DNA of 52,956 nucleotides, counting the filler, from Bipalium vagum (taxonomy: Eukaryota): NCBI GenBank assembly GCA_037834085.1. It is 3 parts of 3 records of this genome, joined end to end, with 100 filler letters (N's around TTAATTAATTAA, not from the genome) between each part and the next. Parts side by side here need not be neighbours in the genome. Positions count along the whole stretch, not along the records: positions 1 to 19,761 come from JBBMKC010268417.1; positions 19,862 to 35,395 come from JBBMKC010161280.1; 1 more part is not named here. One strand, 5' to 3'. Position numbers and translations under genes: made by a program. Below the pieces are notes generated by a model. The model searched no databases and was not told the origin of the DNA. It worked only from the letters and a program-made list of their open reading frames with translations. Positions 12,001 to 24,400 of the stretch are shown one piece after another (position 1 is the stretch's first letter; each line of letters begins with the position of its first letter).

Positions 12001-15000
12001 ATGCCAGTTAAAAGTGCACTTAATAATATATAATTTTGTTTACTTGAGATTTCTAAGAATATGGTTATATTATTATATTTTAAATATAATAATTAAAATA
12101 TCAATGTAAATCTTCTTGCAGTCTCAAACATATTTTCGCAATTTTTTCATTTTTTCTAAACAATATTATCTTCATCGCTGGATTGTATCAGATTTTTCAT
12201 AAACACAAAAAAACGAAACTCGAAAATAAATTAAAATTAAATCATTAAAACTTTCTTATTTAAAATAAAACTCAAAATTAATAATAATATTATTATAATA
12301 ATATACTAATAATTTAATAATAGATTGCAATTGGCTAAAAGTAGCATTAAAACTATTTATATTAAACAATATTTTAACTAAATTCAAGTATAAAAAATGA
12401 GCGATAGAAGAGTAAAAATCAAAAAGTACTTTTTTAAAAATGATTTTGTGATAATGAAATAAAATATCAGGGTTATGCATAAATTTCCATTGATTAAAGG
12501 CAAAGAATTTTTATTAATATAATCGTATAACAAATAACATGTTACATTTCATCAAAATATTTTCCATCATTTTTAAGTACTTTTCCAAACTATCAGGCAA
12601 AAGATGAATAGCTCGTTAAAAAAGTCTTAAGGCTTCGATTGAATAAAATTTTCAATGATTTTCTACACCTCTTCAACATTGCTAAAGTGTACATTTGAAA
12701 GACTATGGTGTGTGGAACGGAATATGTGAAAATCGGTTGGGGCAATATCGAGTGTGATAGAATTTCCCATTTTAAACCATCAAATTTGTCTTCAATCTTA
12801 ATGCTACATATAGACTAGCATTGTCAAGCAAAAGAAGCACTTTATTTTGTTTGGTAGCAAAATTTATCCGTCTGGCAATTAGTTGCTTGTTGAGTTGCCT
12901 CAATTACCAGCCGTATAATTCTGTAGGAAGTCTCAGTAAGTCTCTCAGGTTTTATTACTTAATAATGAATCACTTCTTGCATGCCCCACTAGATACACAA
13001 GGGAACCTAGTGATCCTGCATATTTCATTCTCGCTTTGAATATTCCAGTTCTCCAGATTTTACCCACGACCTTTGTGATTGAGACTATAATACGTACGTC
13101 TCCGGTCACAATTCTATACAAGAGACTTTTGTTCGTGTCTACGGAAAGGAGAGATAAATGGAGAATCGGCTTGTCATGTTGTTCTCCGATAATTCATGAG
13201 TAAACCATATTTTCTTAATTTCAGAATTTTCACATCTGACGCAATTGCCTAAAAACGGTGCTCTGATTAACATGTAAACTTCTTGTCACCTCTAAATTTG
13301 ATTTAATTGAATCTTCTCTCAAAAGAGCTTTCAACTTGTACAAACTCATTTCTTGTGGCCGACCATCTCGCTCTTTATCCTTTAAATCAGTATCATCGCT
13401 ACTGAAGCATCTGAACTATTCGTAACATGTGCTCAGAATTATTCATCTACCACTGCAAATTAAACGAGTTGCTTCGATAGATTTTTTGCATTGATTGAAA
13501 AATAACAATATGCAGTGGCAAATATGCATTTTATCAACTTCTATAATTATTGATTGAAATAAATCGGCTAATTTAAATAATTTAGGAAGTCATGCATATC
13601 AATATAATCAATAATAACGTACTTAAAGCAATGTTTCCAAAAAAATGTCATTACCCGCTTAATATCACTTATAAATGGAAAAAATCCAATTGAAATAATA
13701 AAAATTCACCCTCTTAAATCAATCTCCTTTAATAACCGATTTCCGCTTAATTTCACGAATCTTAAATTTTAACCTTCTTTAAATAATAGTAACTTGTAAA
13801 GGCTACATGGAAACATTAATAAGTTTCTGGAAAATATTTAATAGNNNNNNNNNNNNNNNNNNNNNNNNNNNNNNNNNNNNNNNNNNNNNNNNNNNNNNNN
13901 NNNNNNNNNNNNNNNNNNNNNNNNNNNNNNNNNNNNNNNNNNNNTTTAACCTTCTTTAAATAATAGTAACTTGTAAAGGCTACATGGAAACATTAATAAG
14001 TTTCTGGAAAATATTTAATAGGAGTATTTCATATATGAGTGCAAAAATAGAAATTATTGTGGCAGTTAAAGATGACCTGTTAATTGATATCTGTTATGTG
14101 CTATGCGTCTACTGAAAACTTCCTGGTACAGGATTTAATGGGAAAGTTATTAATTGTTTCATAAAAGAAAAAATGTCCAACGCAATTATGTAATTTATGA
14201 ATGAAGATAAATCGGTTAAAATCATGATTTTCTGTGTAAAGGATGTCGAGATATTAAGCGGGTTACACTGTGCAATGTCCTGGATTATCATTAGATTTAC
14301 ATTTATACATTTTTATTATTATGATCATGCAGAAATTTAACATTTATTAGTTACCCGGTTTTCAACTCCAATTTTTAATATTTTTTCTCTTTAGGATGTT
14401 AAACAATCTTTCCTTAAACCATTCAATCAATAATTATAAACTTTGCCAAATTTAAATTATTTTTTGAATGATTTTTAAAATTTTCATAACCCATTATATT
14501 TATTAATTCGATTCAAACTTGATTTATCAAAGTGTAAAATTCCTCGGTAATTCTACCATATGAATAAACACTTTTTTGACGACTATCAGTTTTGAAAGAC
14601 ATCTAAGTTCGTAACCTTTGATCAATTGAAACTGTATAAAATCTTTACTTCATTGTGAGTGATCAATTAATTTAAAAATGGAATTTTACTTTTCCAGACC
14701 AAAACACATGGCAAAATTCAATGCATTTTTTGGACGACAAGGAATTCGTATATTGAGTTTTTTTCGCAAAAACAATGTCTTAAAGAGCTTATAGTGTACA
14801 TGAGAAAAATTGAAGTTTGTTTCACGATGAAGTTACTTTTGTTCTTATGGTGTAACTTTTCTTTCTCGATTAATGCATTAAATTTATCGCTATGGATTTC
14901 TACTGGAGGATTAAATCTTGGCTCATTATCATAAAATCAATTTATGAAATTGAGGTTAAAATCTACGACGATAATAATGTTTATTATTTTATTATCTTGC

Positions 15001-18000
15001 AATAAAAAATAAATATAAATGAACCATTTATATCCATTTGTCATTTTACTAAGATTTTCACTTTCTGAAATCAATCATAATAAAACATTTTTATTTGAAC
15101 TAACCTCTAAAATAACAGTAAAGCGTTGGTAACCTAAGTAACCCAATAAATATAATTTTAAAAAGAAAAAAAAATTATAGGAGACCTTAAGAGAACTAAA
15201 TACCTTTTTTCGCTATGCTTAAGGAATCAATTTTTAAGATAGAAAACGATGACTTAACTGTCCAAATTTTATTTTCTTTGGGGAAAATAAATTTTTGTAC
15301 TCCAAGGAATTGTCTTATGAGGAGCATTAAAAAAGTCAACAAAATACCGTCAAATTCTTGACAGAAAAGTTTATGAAAATAATTTTCCTTAAATTTCCTC
15401 TTGTTCCACACAATTTTGTATATGTGATACATCAAGTCGATCAAACTGCAGACATTCTAATCAAATTTTAAATTATGCAGAAAAATTGCTTGCAAGGCTA
15501 ATTATACTTATTAATATTGAAATATAAAGTTAAAAAATTGTTTCCCATGGATATCTCTTGTTACAGTGTCAGTTATTCCAGCCACAATTTTCCCAGCTTG
15601 ATTATGATCATTTTGAAGTATATTTTTAACAATATTCATTATTATTTCCATTTTATTCATTATTCCATTTGTTATGATGTTTATGTTTGGAACAGTGAAC
15701 CAATATTTACTGTTAAATCGGTTAATTGAAGTCAACCCAATGATCTCTTTCTCACGTTATATCAGCATAAAAATCTCTTAATTTATATATTAGGTTGTTG
15801 GGAAAGTAATTGGGTTTTCGGAAAGTATATATTCTCTTCACATTTTAAGACAATAAAATAATCTTTAATTATTATCGATTATAGATTTTAATAAATAATA
15901 TTTATAGTATGATATATGTTTAATTTTGTTTAAATATATATCGTATATTTTTCTAGGTTACACATTTGAAATGAATGTAGAAGAGATGCATTTCAGACAT
16001 TTATTACATTTTAATTTCCGAAAAGGTAAAAATGCTAATGAAGCCAGGAAAAAATGATAGACGTTTATGGAGATGATGTTCTGTCAGTTTCTGTTACAGT
16101 TTGGATAGGATGTGTTGCCCCATCCTCCATATTCACCAGATCTGGTACAGTGTGATTATTACCTCTTTCGGTACTTACAAAATGTTTTAGATTGTAAAAG
16201 TTTCAGTTCCAGTGAGGTCAAAAATTTATTGGATCAGTTTTTCGCGAGTTAAGATGTTATATGAACGTGGAATTCTGACACTCTCCTAAAGATGACAAAG
16301 GATGTTCGGTCAAAACGGTCAATATGCAATTGATTAAAATTTTTTGTTTACCACAAAATAATTTGACTTTGGTTTTAACAGAACAACACAATATACAAAG
16401 CTTTCCAAAGGCAAGTCAAGAAAGGGTAATGAAAATCTAAAGGTTTCATCATCTTCAGCAGCAATTACTTTCTACAAAGGTCTTATGTTTTCGAAATGAC
16501 AAAATAAGCCAAAGAAAAATTTACTAATACAAATTTATAATTAAAAGAGGTGTTTTTAACATGTAAAGGTGTAGGAGCCATTGTCATTTTCAATGAGTCT
16601 TGAGATCATCAAGTGATTACGGAATGAACTAATTTTTCGAAAATTCTCTGGTTGCTGCCTTTGGATTTTAAAATATGGCAGAAGTAATTTGGAACCCCGT
16701 CAAAACTGTTACCAGACCGGATACCAATGTGAAACAAAAAATGTATTTGGTACGCAGAAGTATTGCTTCTGTTGTCATATCAAAGTAACAAATTGGAAAT
16801 CTTTTAATTATATTTTGATTTTTTTGTAAAATCACCTACCATAATTAAACATGGGTTCGCAAACATGGATAAGGTTATCAATCTTACATGACTTATACTC
16901 GTTATCTAATTCTTTATGGAATACTTATTTTAAAACTTACACTCACTTAAGGAGGTCTTTGATTTACAATGAAAATGTTTGAAATACTTTTATTATACTT
17001 TCTAAGTTTTTATTATTTGTTTTGAGGCATATTGAACGATTTTTTGAGGTGAAAACAGCGACAAAAATGTTGAACACAAATTCAACACAAAAAACGTTGG
17101 ATGTTGTAGACTGTGCTTATGATATTGTTAAGCACAGCAGGAAGATTTCATTTTTTTTCTTTTCAAAATTATTTCAGCCAATTTTCTCTCCGGATTTCGG
17201 AACTATCAAGAGAATAACTTGGTTCTTCTATGTATGAAAATTAAGCAAATCGACAAATATATTTAAATAATTTATATATTTTTCGAATTACTGGCGCATT
17301 TGTTTAAATGTATCAAATAATTTCTGATTTTAGAATTATTATTTATCGATATTAGAAAAAAATCTAAAGATTTCAAACATAAAATCAAAATAAAACAACC
17401 TTGAAAAAATAATTGCCGCATTTAAACAAATACGACAGTGATTATAAAATTGAATTTTCATTTTACTAATCTTGTTCAATTATCTTTTAGTGAAAACTTT
17501 ACATAATTCTTCGGATATATGATTGGATAAAGAAAAATCATTAATTTTTAAAATAAATATTAAATTTCAAAATACACAATATTTTACCTCAAACGAATTC
17601 TGTGAATATCTTGGACAATGACCAATGAAGATATTACTTTTCTTTAATACTGAATCCTTGGTCGAAATGAAAGGTGTGGCAACTGAGGTTCTGTTATTGT
17701 ACTCGACTATTTCAGCATCAACGAAGACTCGTATCTAACAAAATAATAACTTTTATTAATAAGACTTTAAATACCTCTGGGTAGGGAGAATTATCAATAT
17801 TATTATCAATTATAATGAGATAATGATGCCATTTATTGTCACATGTTTGAGAGAGATTATAATCCCATATAATTGACTGAGAATTCCATTTCATATTCTG
17901 ATGTAGATACAACTTAATTTTCAGACTACAGAAGGATACTGAGACTGAGAACAGCTGATTCCCCATTTCTGTGAATGAACAATTATATGGAAGACTTAAG

Positions 18001-18436
18001 CTCATTTATAATACCGTTTAAGTGACAAATAATGAAAGTTTCTGAAATTTGTTCATCTGCTCTTCTATGCATCCAGAAGTATAGAGAAAATTTTAATTCT
18101 GAGGCTAAGGATAATCCAGGAAATGTATTCGTCTTTAGAGGAAATTTCACGATTCCAGTCTTTTTCTTAGAAATGGTTGTCAGCAAGTCCAAAATTTTGT
18201 TTTCATCGATATCTGAATAATAGAAAAAAACTTTTAAGGAGCATTCATAATAACAAGAAAATTTATTAGTAATACTGAGGAAAAGCTTTTTTCACGATTT
18301 CCCTCATGTTTCTCGAATGGAAAGTTAATGTAAAATTTTCTTATTTGGCTTTTTTATAATTTTAGATTATAATATATTTTATTATTACTATCGATGATTA
18401 TTATTCATCAACAAGACATTTAATTAATTAAATTTT

Positions 18437-18495
<59 letters not shown>

Positions 18496-18837
18496 TCATT
18501 ATTTTACCCTACGATATAACATTATTTCTGAACATTAACATTTTATACAGACCATTTGGTCTCGAGTCACTATCATTAAAATGGTGCTTACCGCAGACTT
18601 TTCTTTGGAGTTTTAAGGATCCGTAATCGAGATTACAAATATTTGCGTACGTATCTGAACGAGGAATGGACTTCAACTCCACTGAAACTGTGACCCGTAA
18701 TTTCTGTTCACTCTGACATTTTCCGATGAATCCCGTAAAGCTTTTGTTGGGTTCCAGCTGACAAAATTGAAATACTGGCTTTTTGCCCAAAGTCACAATT
18801 GCTGATCCAGATTTGTAGTCAAGAGCCTTGTAAAATC
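8844..18837 (-). CDS. Calsyntenin-like (CLSTN/alcadein) gene, internal part; 6 exons, ~434 codons (post-cadherin segment, LamG domain, following ectodomain)
   Basis: Minus-strand exons 18837-18592, 18212-18015, 17968-17775, 17734-17588, 9407-9133, 9085-8844 splice in frame. Motifs CNLDYGSLKLQRKVC, ILDLL, FSLYFWMH, TCDNKWHHY, IRVFVD, IFIGHC, FEGFLAGF, CLMKCMERL, IGYTNPSWSPIPGIR occur in the same order as calsyntenin CDRDTYSEKSLHRLCG / FTISVWMRH / VCDEEWHHY / VTLYVDG / LVVGACW / FRGNLAGL / CLYTCKEGL / ISYLNSRQFPTPGIR (recalled). Confidence 0.85.
9133..9407 (-). CDS. calsyntenin-like exon e
   Basis: GFLAGFILLPR...CLMKCMERLHF...IGYTNPSWSPIPGIRVITIQTEM; donor GTGAGA. Confidence 0.88.
10085..10245 (+). 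mobile_element. Tc1 transposase relic
   Basis: WILLHDSAPCQRS...QNPDLNPIENLWFLLKR. Confidence 0.75.
12467..13602 (-). mobile_element. mariner relic, near full length
   Basis: HICHCILLFFNQ..EATRLIC, DKERDGRP, IVTGD, C-terminal VLKNDGKYFD; imperfect TIRs (TATGCATAAATTTCC / GGAAGTCATGCATA). Confidence 0.75.
13845..13944. other. 100-N scaffold gap flanked by an identical 77-bp duplication
   Basis: 13768-13844 is repeated at 13945-14021. Confidence 0.95.
15790..16340 (+). mobile_element. Internally deleted mariner
   Basis: TIR TTAGGTTGTTGGGAAAG; MNVEEMHFRHLLHFNFRKGKNA...VYGDD fused directly to LPHPPYSPDLVQCDYYLF...NGQY. Confidence 0.88.
17290..17439. mobile_element. Possible ~150-bp MITE / inverted repeat
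   Basis: ACTGGCGCATTTGTTTAAATG versus inverted CATTTAAACAAATACGACAGT. Confidence 0.4.
17588..17734 (-). CDS. calsyntenin-like exon d (LamG end)
   Basis: IRVFVDAEIVEY...SNIFIGHCPRYSQNSFE. Confidence 0.85.
17775..17968 (-). CDS. calsyntenin-like exon c (LamG)
   Basis: EMGNQLFSVSVSFCSLKIKLY...WDYNLSQTCDNKWHHYLII. Confidence 0.88.
18015..18212 (-). CDS. calsyntenin-like exon b (LamG start)
   Basis: DIDENKILDLL...KFSLYFWMHRRADEQISETFIICHLN. Confidence 0.85.
18438..18495. repeat. (TAA)n microsatellite
   Basis: direct inspection. Confidence 0.95.
18592..18837 (-). CDS. calsyntenin-like exon a
   Basis: AAG acceptor; FYKALDYKSGSAIVTL...CNLDYGSLKLQRKVC; donor GTAAGC. Confidence 0.82.
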
Positions 18838-18989
18838 CTTAATTTCAAATTAACAGATGAAATTTACTTAAAGACTTTTCCTTCTTCAAAATTTAATATT
18901 ATCAACTTTAAGGAAATTTTTAATTTTTCTAAAAACCTTTTAACACTCATGTTTAACATGTCTAATTTTATTTTTTTATAATAATGTCC

Positions 18990-19028
<39 letters not shown>
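18990..19028. repeat. (TAA)n microsatellite
   Basis: direct inspection. Confidence 0.93.
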
Positions 19029-19029
<1 letters not shown>

Positions 19030-19049
19030 TAATCAATTATGGAAAATGA

Positions 19050-19706
19050 ATGATTAATTTTTTTTCACATGTAATAAGACGTTTCAAAAATGGATCGATC
19101 TTGTTTTTATTCAACAATGTTTGGCATATTGAAATTCTGTCTTTTAAATTCTTTTCTGTCAAATTATGCGGTATCCATACATCCAGTTTCTTTGTATATC
19201 CACATTTCTCCAAATGATTTAAAACTGTTTGATGATGAAGCCCAAATTCCTCAGCTATTTCGTGGCTGCTTATATTCCTGTCTTCTTCAAAGTTCTTAAT
19301 TATTTTATCGACTTTTTCACAGATTGGTCGGTCAGAACGAGGTGCGTCTTTGACATCAAAATTTCCGGAACGAAATTTAGCGAATCATTCACGTACTGTT
19401 CTATCCGAAACAGTATCCGCTTCATAAACAACATTAATCTTTTTAGTTACCTGTGTAGCATTTTTATCTTTCAAGAAATAAAATTTCATTATGTATCGCA
19501 TTTATTCTTTATTTATGTCCATTTTTAAAGATGAATAAAATTTTATTAATTAATCAAAATGCCTACTTTTTAAAGTTATTTGAATGCTAGAATTATAATA
19601 AATTGTAAAAATATATATTAAAGCAAAATCAATTTCAATCAAACTACATAAAGAGCATTTTCAAACTCTATTAACAAAATCGGCGGAAACTTTTTAGACC
19701 ACCCAA
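19050..19706 (-). mobile_element. mariner (mellifera-subfamily-like), 5' half
   Basis: TIR TTGGGTGGTCTAAAAAGTTTCCGCCG; MDINKE*MRYIMKFYFLK...FRSGNFDVKDAPRSDRP...HQTVLNHL..GYTKKLDVWIPHNLTEKN...PFLKRLIT. Confidence 0.92.

Positions 19707-19758
<52 letters not shown>
19707..19758. repeat. (TAT)n microsatellite at contig end
   Basis: direct inspection. Confidence 0.93.
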
Positions 19759-19759
<1 letters not shown>

Positions 19760-19761
19760 TT

Positions 19762-19861
19762 NNNNNNNNNNNNNNNNNNNNNNNNNNNNNNNNNNNNNNN
19801 NNNNNTTAATTAATTAANNNNNNNNNNNNNNNNNNNNNNNNNNNNNNNNNNNNNNNNNNNN
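19762..19861. other. Artificial contig linker N44-TTAATTAATTAA-N44
   Basis: palindromic six-frame stop spacer at 19806-19817. Confidence 0.95.
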
Positions 19862-20234
19862 TTTATATTATTTATATTATTTATTTTATAAAAAACTTCC
19901 GGGTTTCATCTATGGGTACAATATAATATTTCTGTTCACACCTGCGACTTTTATTAAACACTTTGAAATAACAAATACAATACATGATAAAACACTAATT
20001 AAAATTTCATGCACAAATAGTCAGATTGGATTATAAAGGATCACAAAGGAAAGAATTATTGTTAATTAAAATGGTTGCACAAATGTTATTATAAATTCAT
20101 TTCATCTGAGGTGCCTGGGAGTCTCCACATATTCAAAAATTCAAATTCTTCCAGTCTTTGATTAGTCGACTATATTGTACTATAATTTAGTACAATTTAA
20201 ATTTTAATTATAAACTTTTCTAATTTAATTTTTA

Positions 20235-20870
20235 GAGGATGCGGAAAATGTTTTGGATGTGGATGAAATCCAATTTTTCGAGAAAACAAAGATTTTAAAC
20301 AATTCATTCACAAATTATTAGAATTTAACATCTTAGCACAATAAAAACAACTTATATTTCAAAATATACACCCTATCTTTTGAGATTTGAGCCAGTCCAT
20401 AGTTTATTGTGTCTCATGAACTGGTGCACTTCCATGTTCAAACATCCATTTTTGCTTGGAATAATGTTTTTTAACCCATTGCTTTAACATCTTTTCCAAA
20501 ATTTTGTCCTGTTAATATTACTGGTTTATTTTGACGCCTGGTTTGATAAAAACGAAATGGGCTTTGACATCGAAGTGATACCTCCCCAAATCATCCAACC
20601 TTTGACGTGAGCAGATTTTGGAGTAATCGTGTAGAAACTGCATGGGAAACGGTTCTTGATAACATCCAGTGATTCTGCTTGTTGAAATTTTGCTACAATC
20701 GAAAATGACATCTCATCCGACCAAAGAATCACATGATGTGTACCGATCGCTAGACGCTTCATCAAGACTTTGCACTTTTTCAGTCTTGGTTTCTTCATTG
20801 CACCAGTCATTGAACCACTTGAATTTTGATTGGCTTAAGTTGTAAATCCTTTTTGATGTTTTTTTCATAA
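20235..20870 (-). mobile_element. maT/DD37D-like Tc1/mariner relic
   Basis: RLKKCKVLMKRL...ILWSDE...MIWGGIT...WMFEHGSAPVH; TIR at 20235. Confidence 0.8.
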
Positions 20871-21377
20871 GTAATGTCAAATTTCTATATTAACTTTTTA
20901 GATGATATGTTGTCATCTTATATACACTAATATTTAAATCAAAATACATTCATTACTTAAGACTTTTTTTCAAATAAATTATTTTCAAGCCTAATTTATT
21001 TTTTGTATCATATATAATTTCTCATAATCCTTTTAGGATCCAATTTGAATATATTCAAATTACAGGTATTCTTTTTCATTTCACATTAATTTTATTTAAA
21101 ACTAAACAATTTTTATAACATTTTTTCGGTGTATATTTAAATTTTATCAACCATTGAACATTAATTACATGAAAATTGATAAATTATAAATATTTTTTAC
21201 TAATTCAGAATACTTAATGTTTTCTGATTAATAATAATATTTAATAAAAAAAAAGATTTTTCATAATAATATTTATTTTTGTTTAAATAAATCAAAATTA
21301 TGATATTTGTTGAAACCAGAACTGATAAATATTTAAATAACTAACTTTATATCATTGTTATTATTTTTTTGGTCAAA

Positions 21378-21474
21378 ATGAGCAGTCTAACCGTTATAGT
21401 AATAAATGCTGTAAATTTGATCAATCTAGAGTTCATTGGGAAAAGTGATCCTTATACAGTTGTAGAATTTCAAA
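21378..21474 (+). CDS. ferlin exon 1 (C2A start)
   Basis: AAAATG start; [32 protein letters not shown]; donor GTATGT, phase 1. Confidence 0.88.
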
Positions 21475-24400
21475 GTATGTCAACGTTTAATTTCATTAAT
21501 ATTTACTTTTGTCATTTATTAATTAATTAATTTTTTATTTATTTTTTGCATCAGTTTTGCTGATACTGGCATGCTTTACATAAATTAATATTAATTATTA
21601 TTATTAATACAATAATCATTTTTATATATAGTGTATCAATATATCATTAAAAAGTCAAACCATGTAAATCACATTTTCTGATTAAAACTTATTTCAAAAT
21701 TTTGGTATCAAATTATTTTTCAAAGAATGAGACACAAAGAAATATAACATTCACTGATTTCTTTTCATGTAAACCAAATTCACATTTCCTTTTCTATTAT
21801 ATCATTATTTCACTATTATTTTTAAAATTATTGGTTGACAAGAAATAAATTGACGGATTTTTTGAAGAAACAAAATACCAGAAACTTATGAAACATTGTA
21901 TTTTTAATAAAATTATAAATTTTCCACGGTTTTCAAGGACTTGTTGATGTCTTTCAGGAACCACAAAAATTCTATGTTCGAAAAACCTCTAGAGTTTCTC
22001 TGTAGAAAACCGACACAAGTCGGACTTGACGTCATCATTATTTATAGAAATACTAATTAGATTCAAGATGTTTTGCATAGATCGAATGGCGGAAGTATCA
22101 ATATTTTCCAACTAAGGTCCAATAATCTTATCATAGAGGACAAAGAAAAGTGCGGTTTTGCATTGTCATGATGAAAACAATGCCATTACGATTTTGCCAA
22201 TTTTGGGGTTTTACTTGGATTTTCATGTTGATAAGCAAATCGCAGAGTTCAACAAGTATCTAATGTGACTTTCCTTACGTTAGTAGTGTATCGATATATC
22301 GAGTTTTAACATACCCGTATGCTTGATATGGCTTTGGGTGGTTGCAAGTGATTCACTGAGCCTTCTTACAATGTTAAGCGTTGTTTAGTGACGATGTTCA
22401 TTGATTAAGTATTTAATTTCGTTTTCATTGAAATCCAGTGTACGACCAGATCATCCATTAGTTTTGAATGAAAAATCACACTTTTAGAATTTTTCAAATC
22501 ATTTCTGACATTGGCGTTCCTTTAAAGCATCTTCCTCAATCTACATTTTTTCTTTTTCATAATAAGAAAGTAAAATATTGTTCAAATGAGTTTCCGAACT
22601 TTCATACCAAAGTTGATAATAAAAAGAAAACAAAGCAATTTATGAATTATACTATCTTTATATATTTTTATACTATTTTTATACTATATTTATCTTTTAA
22701 TGTTATTTGAACAATGATTATTTTATTTTATAAAGTTAAATGTCTTTATGTAAAATCGACAATTATCTTTTTGCCAATCCAATAGTTCAGAATGTATTTC
22801 AATATTTATTTCAGATTTTTCGATCTTTACACTAAATTCTCGGTTTTAATTTATAAAAAAAAGTCACTGAGAATGACTGGTACGATGTTCATTTATGAAA
22901 AATATTGTTTCAGGCCAAAAGAAACAAACAAAAGAAATCAATGACAATCTCAATCCCCAGTGGGACGAGGTATAATCTTTATTTACTTTGCAAAGGGACA
23001 TGATTTTGAGCTAACTTCGTAGCAATTGGTGTTTGATCTAGCAGGATTGGCATTAAACCCCAGTGATATACTAAACTTGAGAATAATGGATAAAGAGAAA
23101 ATTGGTCCGGACAAGTGAGCAAATTATTGTTTCACCTTTCGACAATTACTACAATGACCCTTTCGTTTCATTCTACATCGTCTGCGTTGACATCAGAGAA
23201 AAACAGGTCTGTCTTTTAATAAATCACCTCAGATGAACCAGAGATTAAGTATACTTTTTATCTGGGAATAATATTTTTTCCGTCTAAGTTGATATTAATG
23301 GAAAATGAGCGATGAACTTTATTTATTTTGCAATTCTCTACTTTTATTATTTTTTATTTTATTTTATTCCTAAAAGCTATAGAAAACCAAAGAAAAATAA
23401 TTTTAATTAATATGTATTATATATATATATATTTCTAGTTCAGTTAAGCCTTAATTCAAATGATGAAATTAATTAAAAAATAATAGCATAATAAAACATT
23501 TCATCTCTTTGATGTTTATTTATTTATTATAATTAAAGGGTGTTTACGAAAAAAACTGGTCCGCCAAATACAGCTATCAAATCCGCATTTATTTAGCTAA
23601 ACACAAAATTTATAAATATCCAAAAACGTATAAGAATAGATTTACAAAAAATTACATATTTTATTATTTGGCGGTATTGTTTGAAAAAGATCGAAGTTTG
23701 GAATTCACACTTCACATTAGGTGCTGCACATCATTTTGAGTAACCTCAGGTGATAGTTTGACCCATCCCTTTTCAAATTCCTTTTCATTTTTCACGTTTT
23801 GTTTTGTTAACAATAATTTCCTTTTCATTATAGACCAATATTTTTCAATTGGTTGGAGTTCAGGATAATTGGGAGGATTAGCACTCTTCGGTACAATACT
23901 GACCCCATTCTCATTGTACCAGTCCATGGCCGATTTTCCATAGTGACATGTTGCCAGACACAACTGGAACGTTATGAACAAGTAACATAGGAAGAAGTCG
24001 TTTCTGCAAGCACTCCTCAACATAAATAGTTTGGTTCATAGTACCACAGTTTACAAAAACCCTGCTTTTCAAACCACATTTACAAATTGCTTAACAAACC
24101 AAATATTTTTTTTCGAACTTGTCCACTTTTTTTTCTTTAACTTTTGGTGCAACATCGCCTTTCTTCTTTGAAGTATAGAAAAGTTGACCAGGAATCTGAT
24201 TGAAGTCTACCTTGACATAAGTTTCGTCTTCCATTATCATGCAGCTTTTTGTGCACAATTAATTTGCGAATACTTTCTTATGCTGAGGCCATTTTTCTAA
24301 ATTTTATATAAACTAAAAAATTATAGATTCTTTATTATAAATTAATGATTCAGTTATAAATCTGTATGCTTATCTATATTTTTACAATTATATCTGAGGT

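Noticed and set aside
14100-14295. Possible piggyBac Cys-rich tail (CKGCRD..LC..DYH)
   Set aside because: Too short and degenerate to support a call.
18868-18930. Putative upstream calsyntenin exon via a 30-nt intron
   Set aside because: The required phase contains stop codons.
19806-19817. TTAATTAATTAA as a biological motif (e.g. piggyBac target or regulatory site)
   Set aside because: Centred exactly within N runs twice; it is an assembly linker.
20089-20169. Minus-strand possible terminal exon STNQRLEEFEFLNMWRLPGTSDEMNL* with downstream AATAAA
   Set aside because: Only 26 codons, no upstream partner exon or homology recognised.
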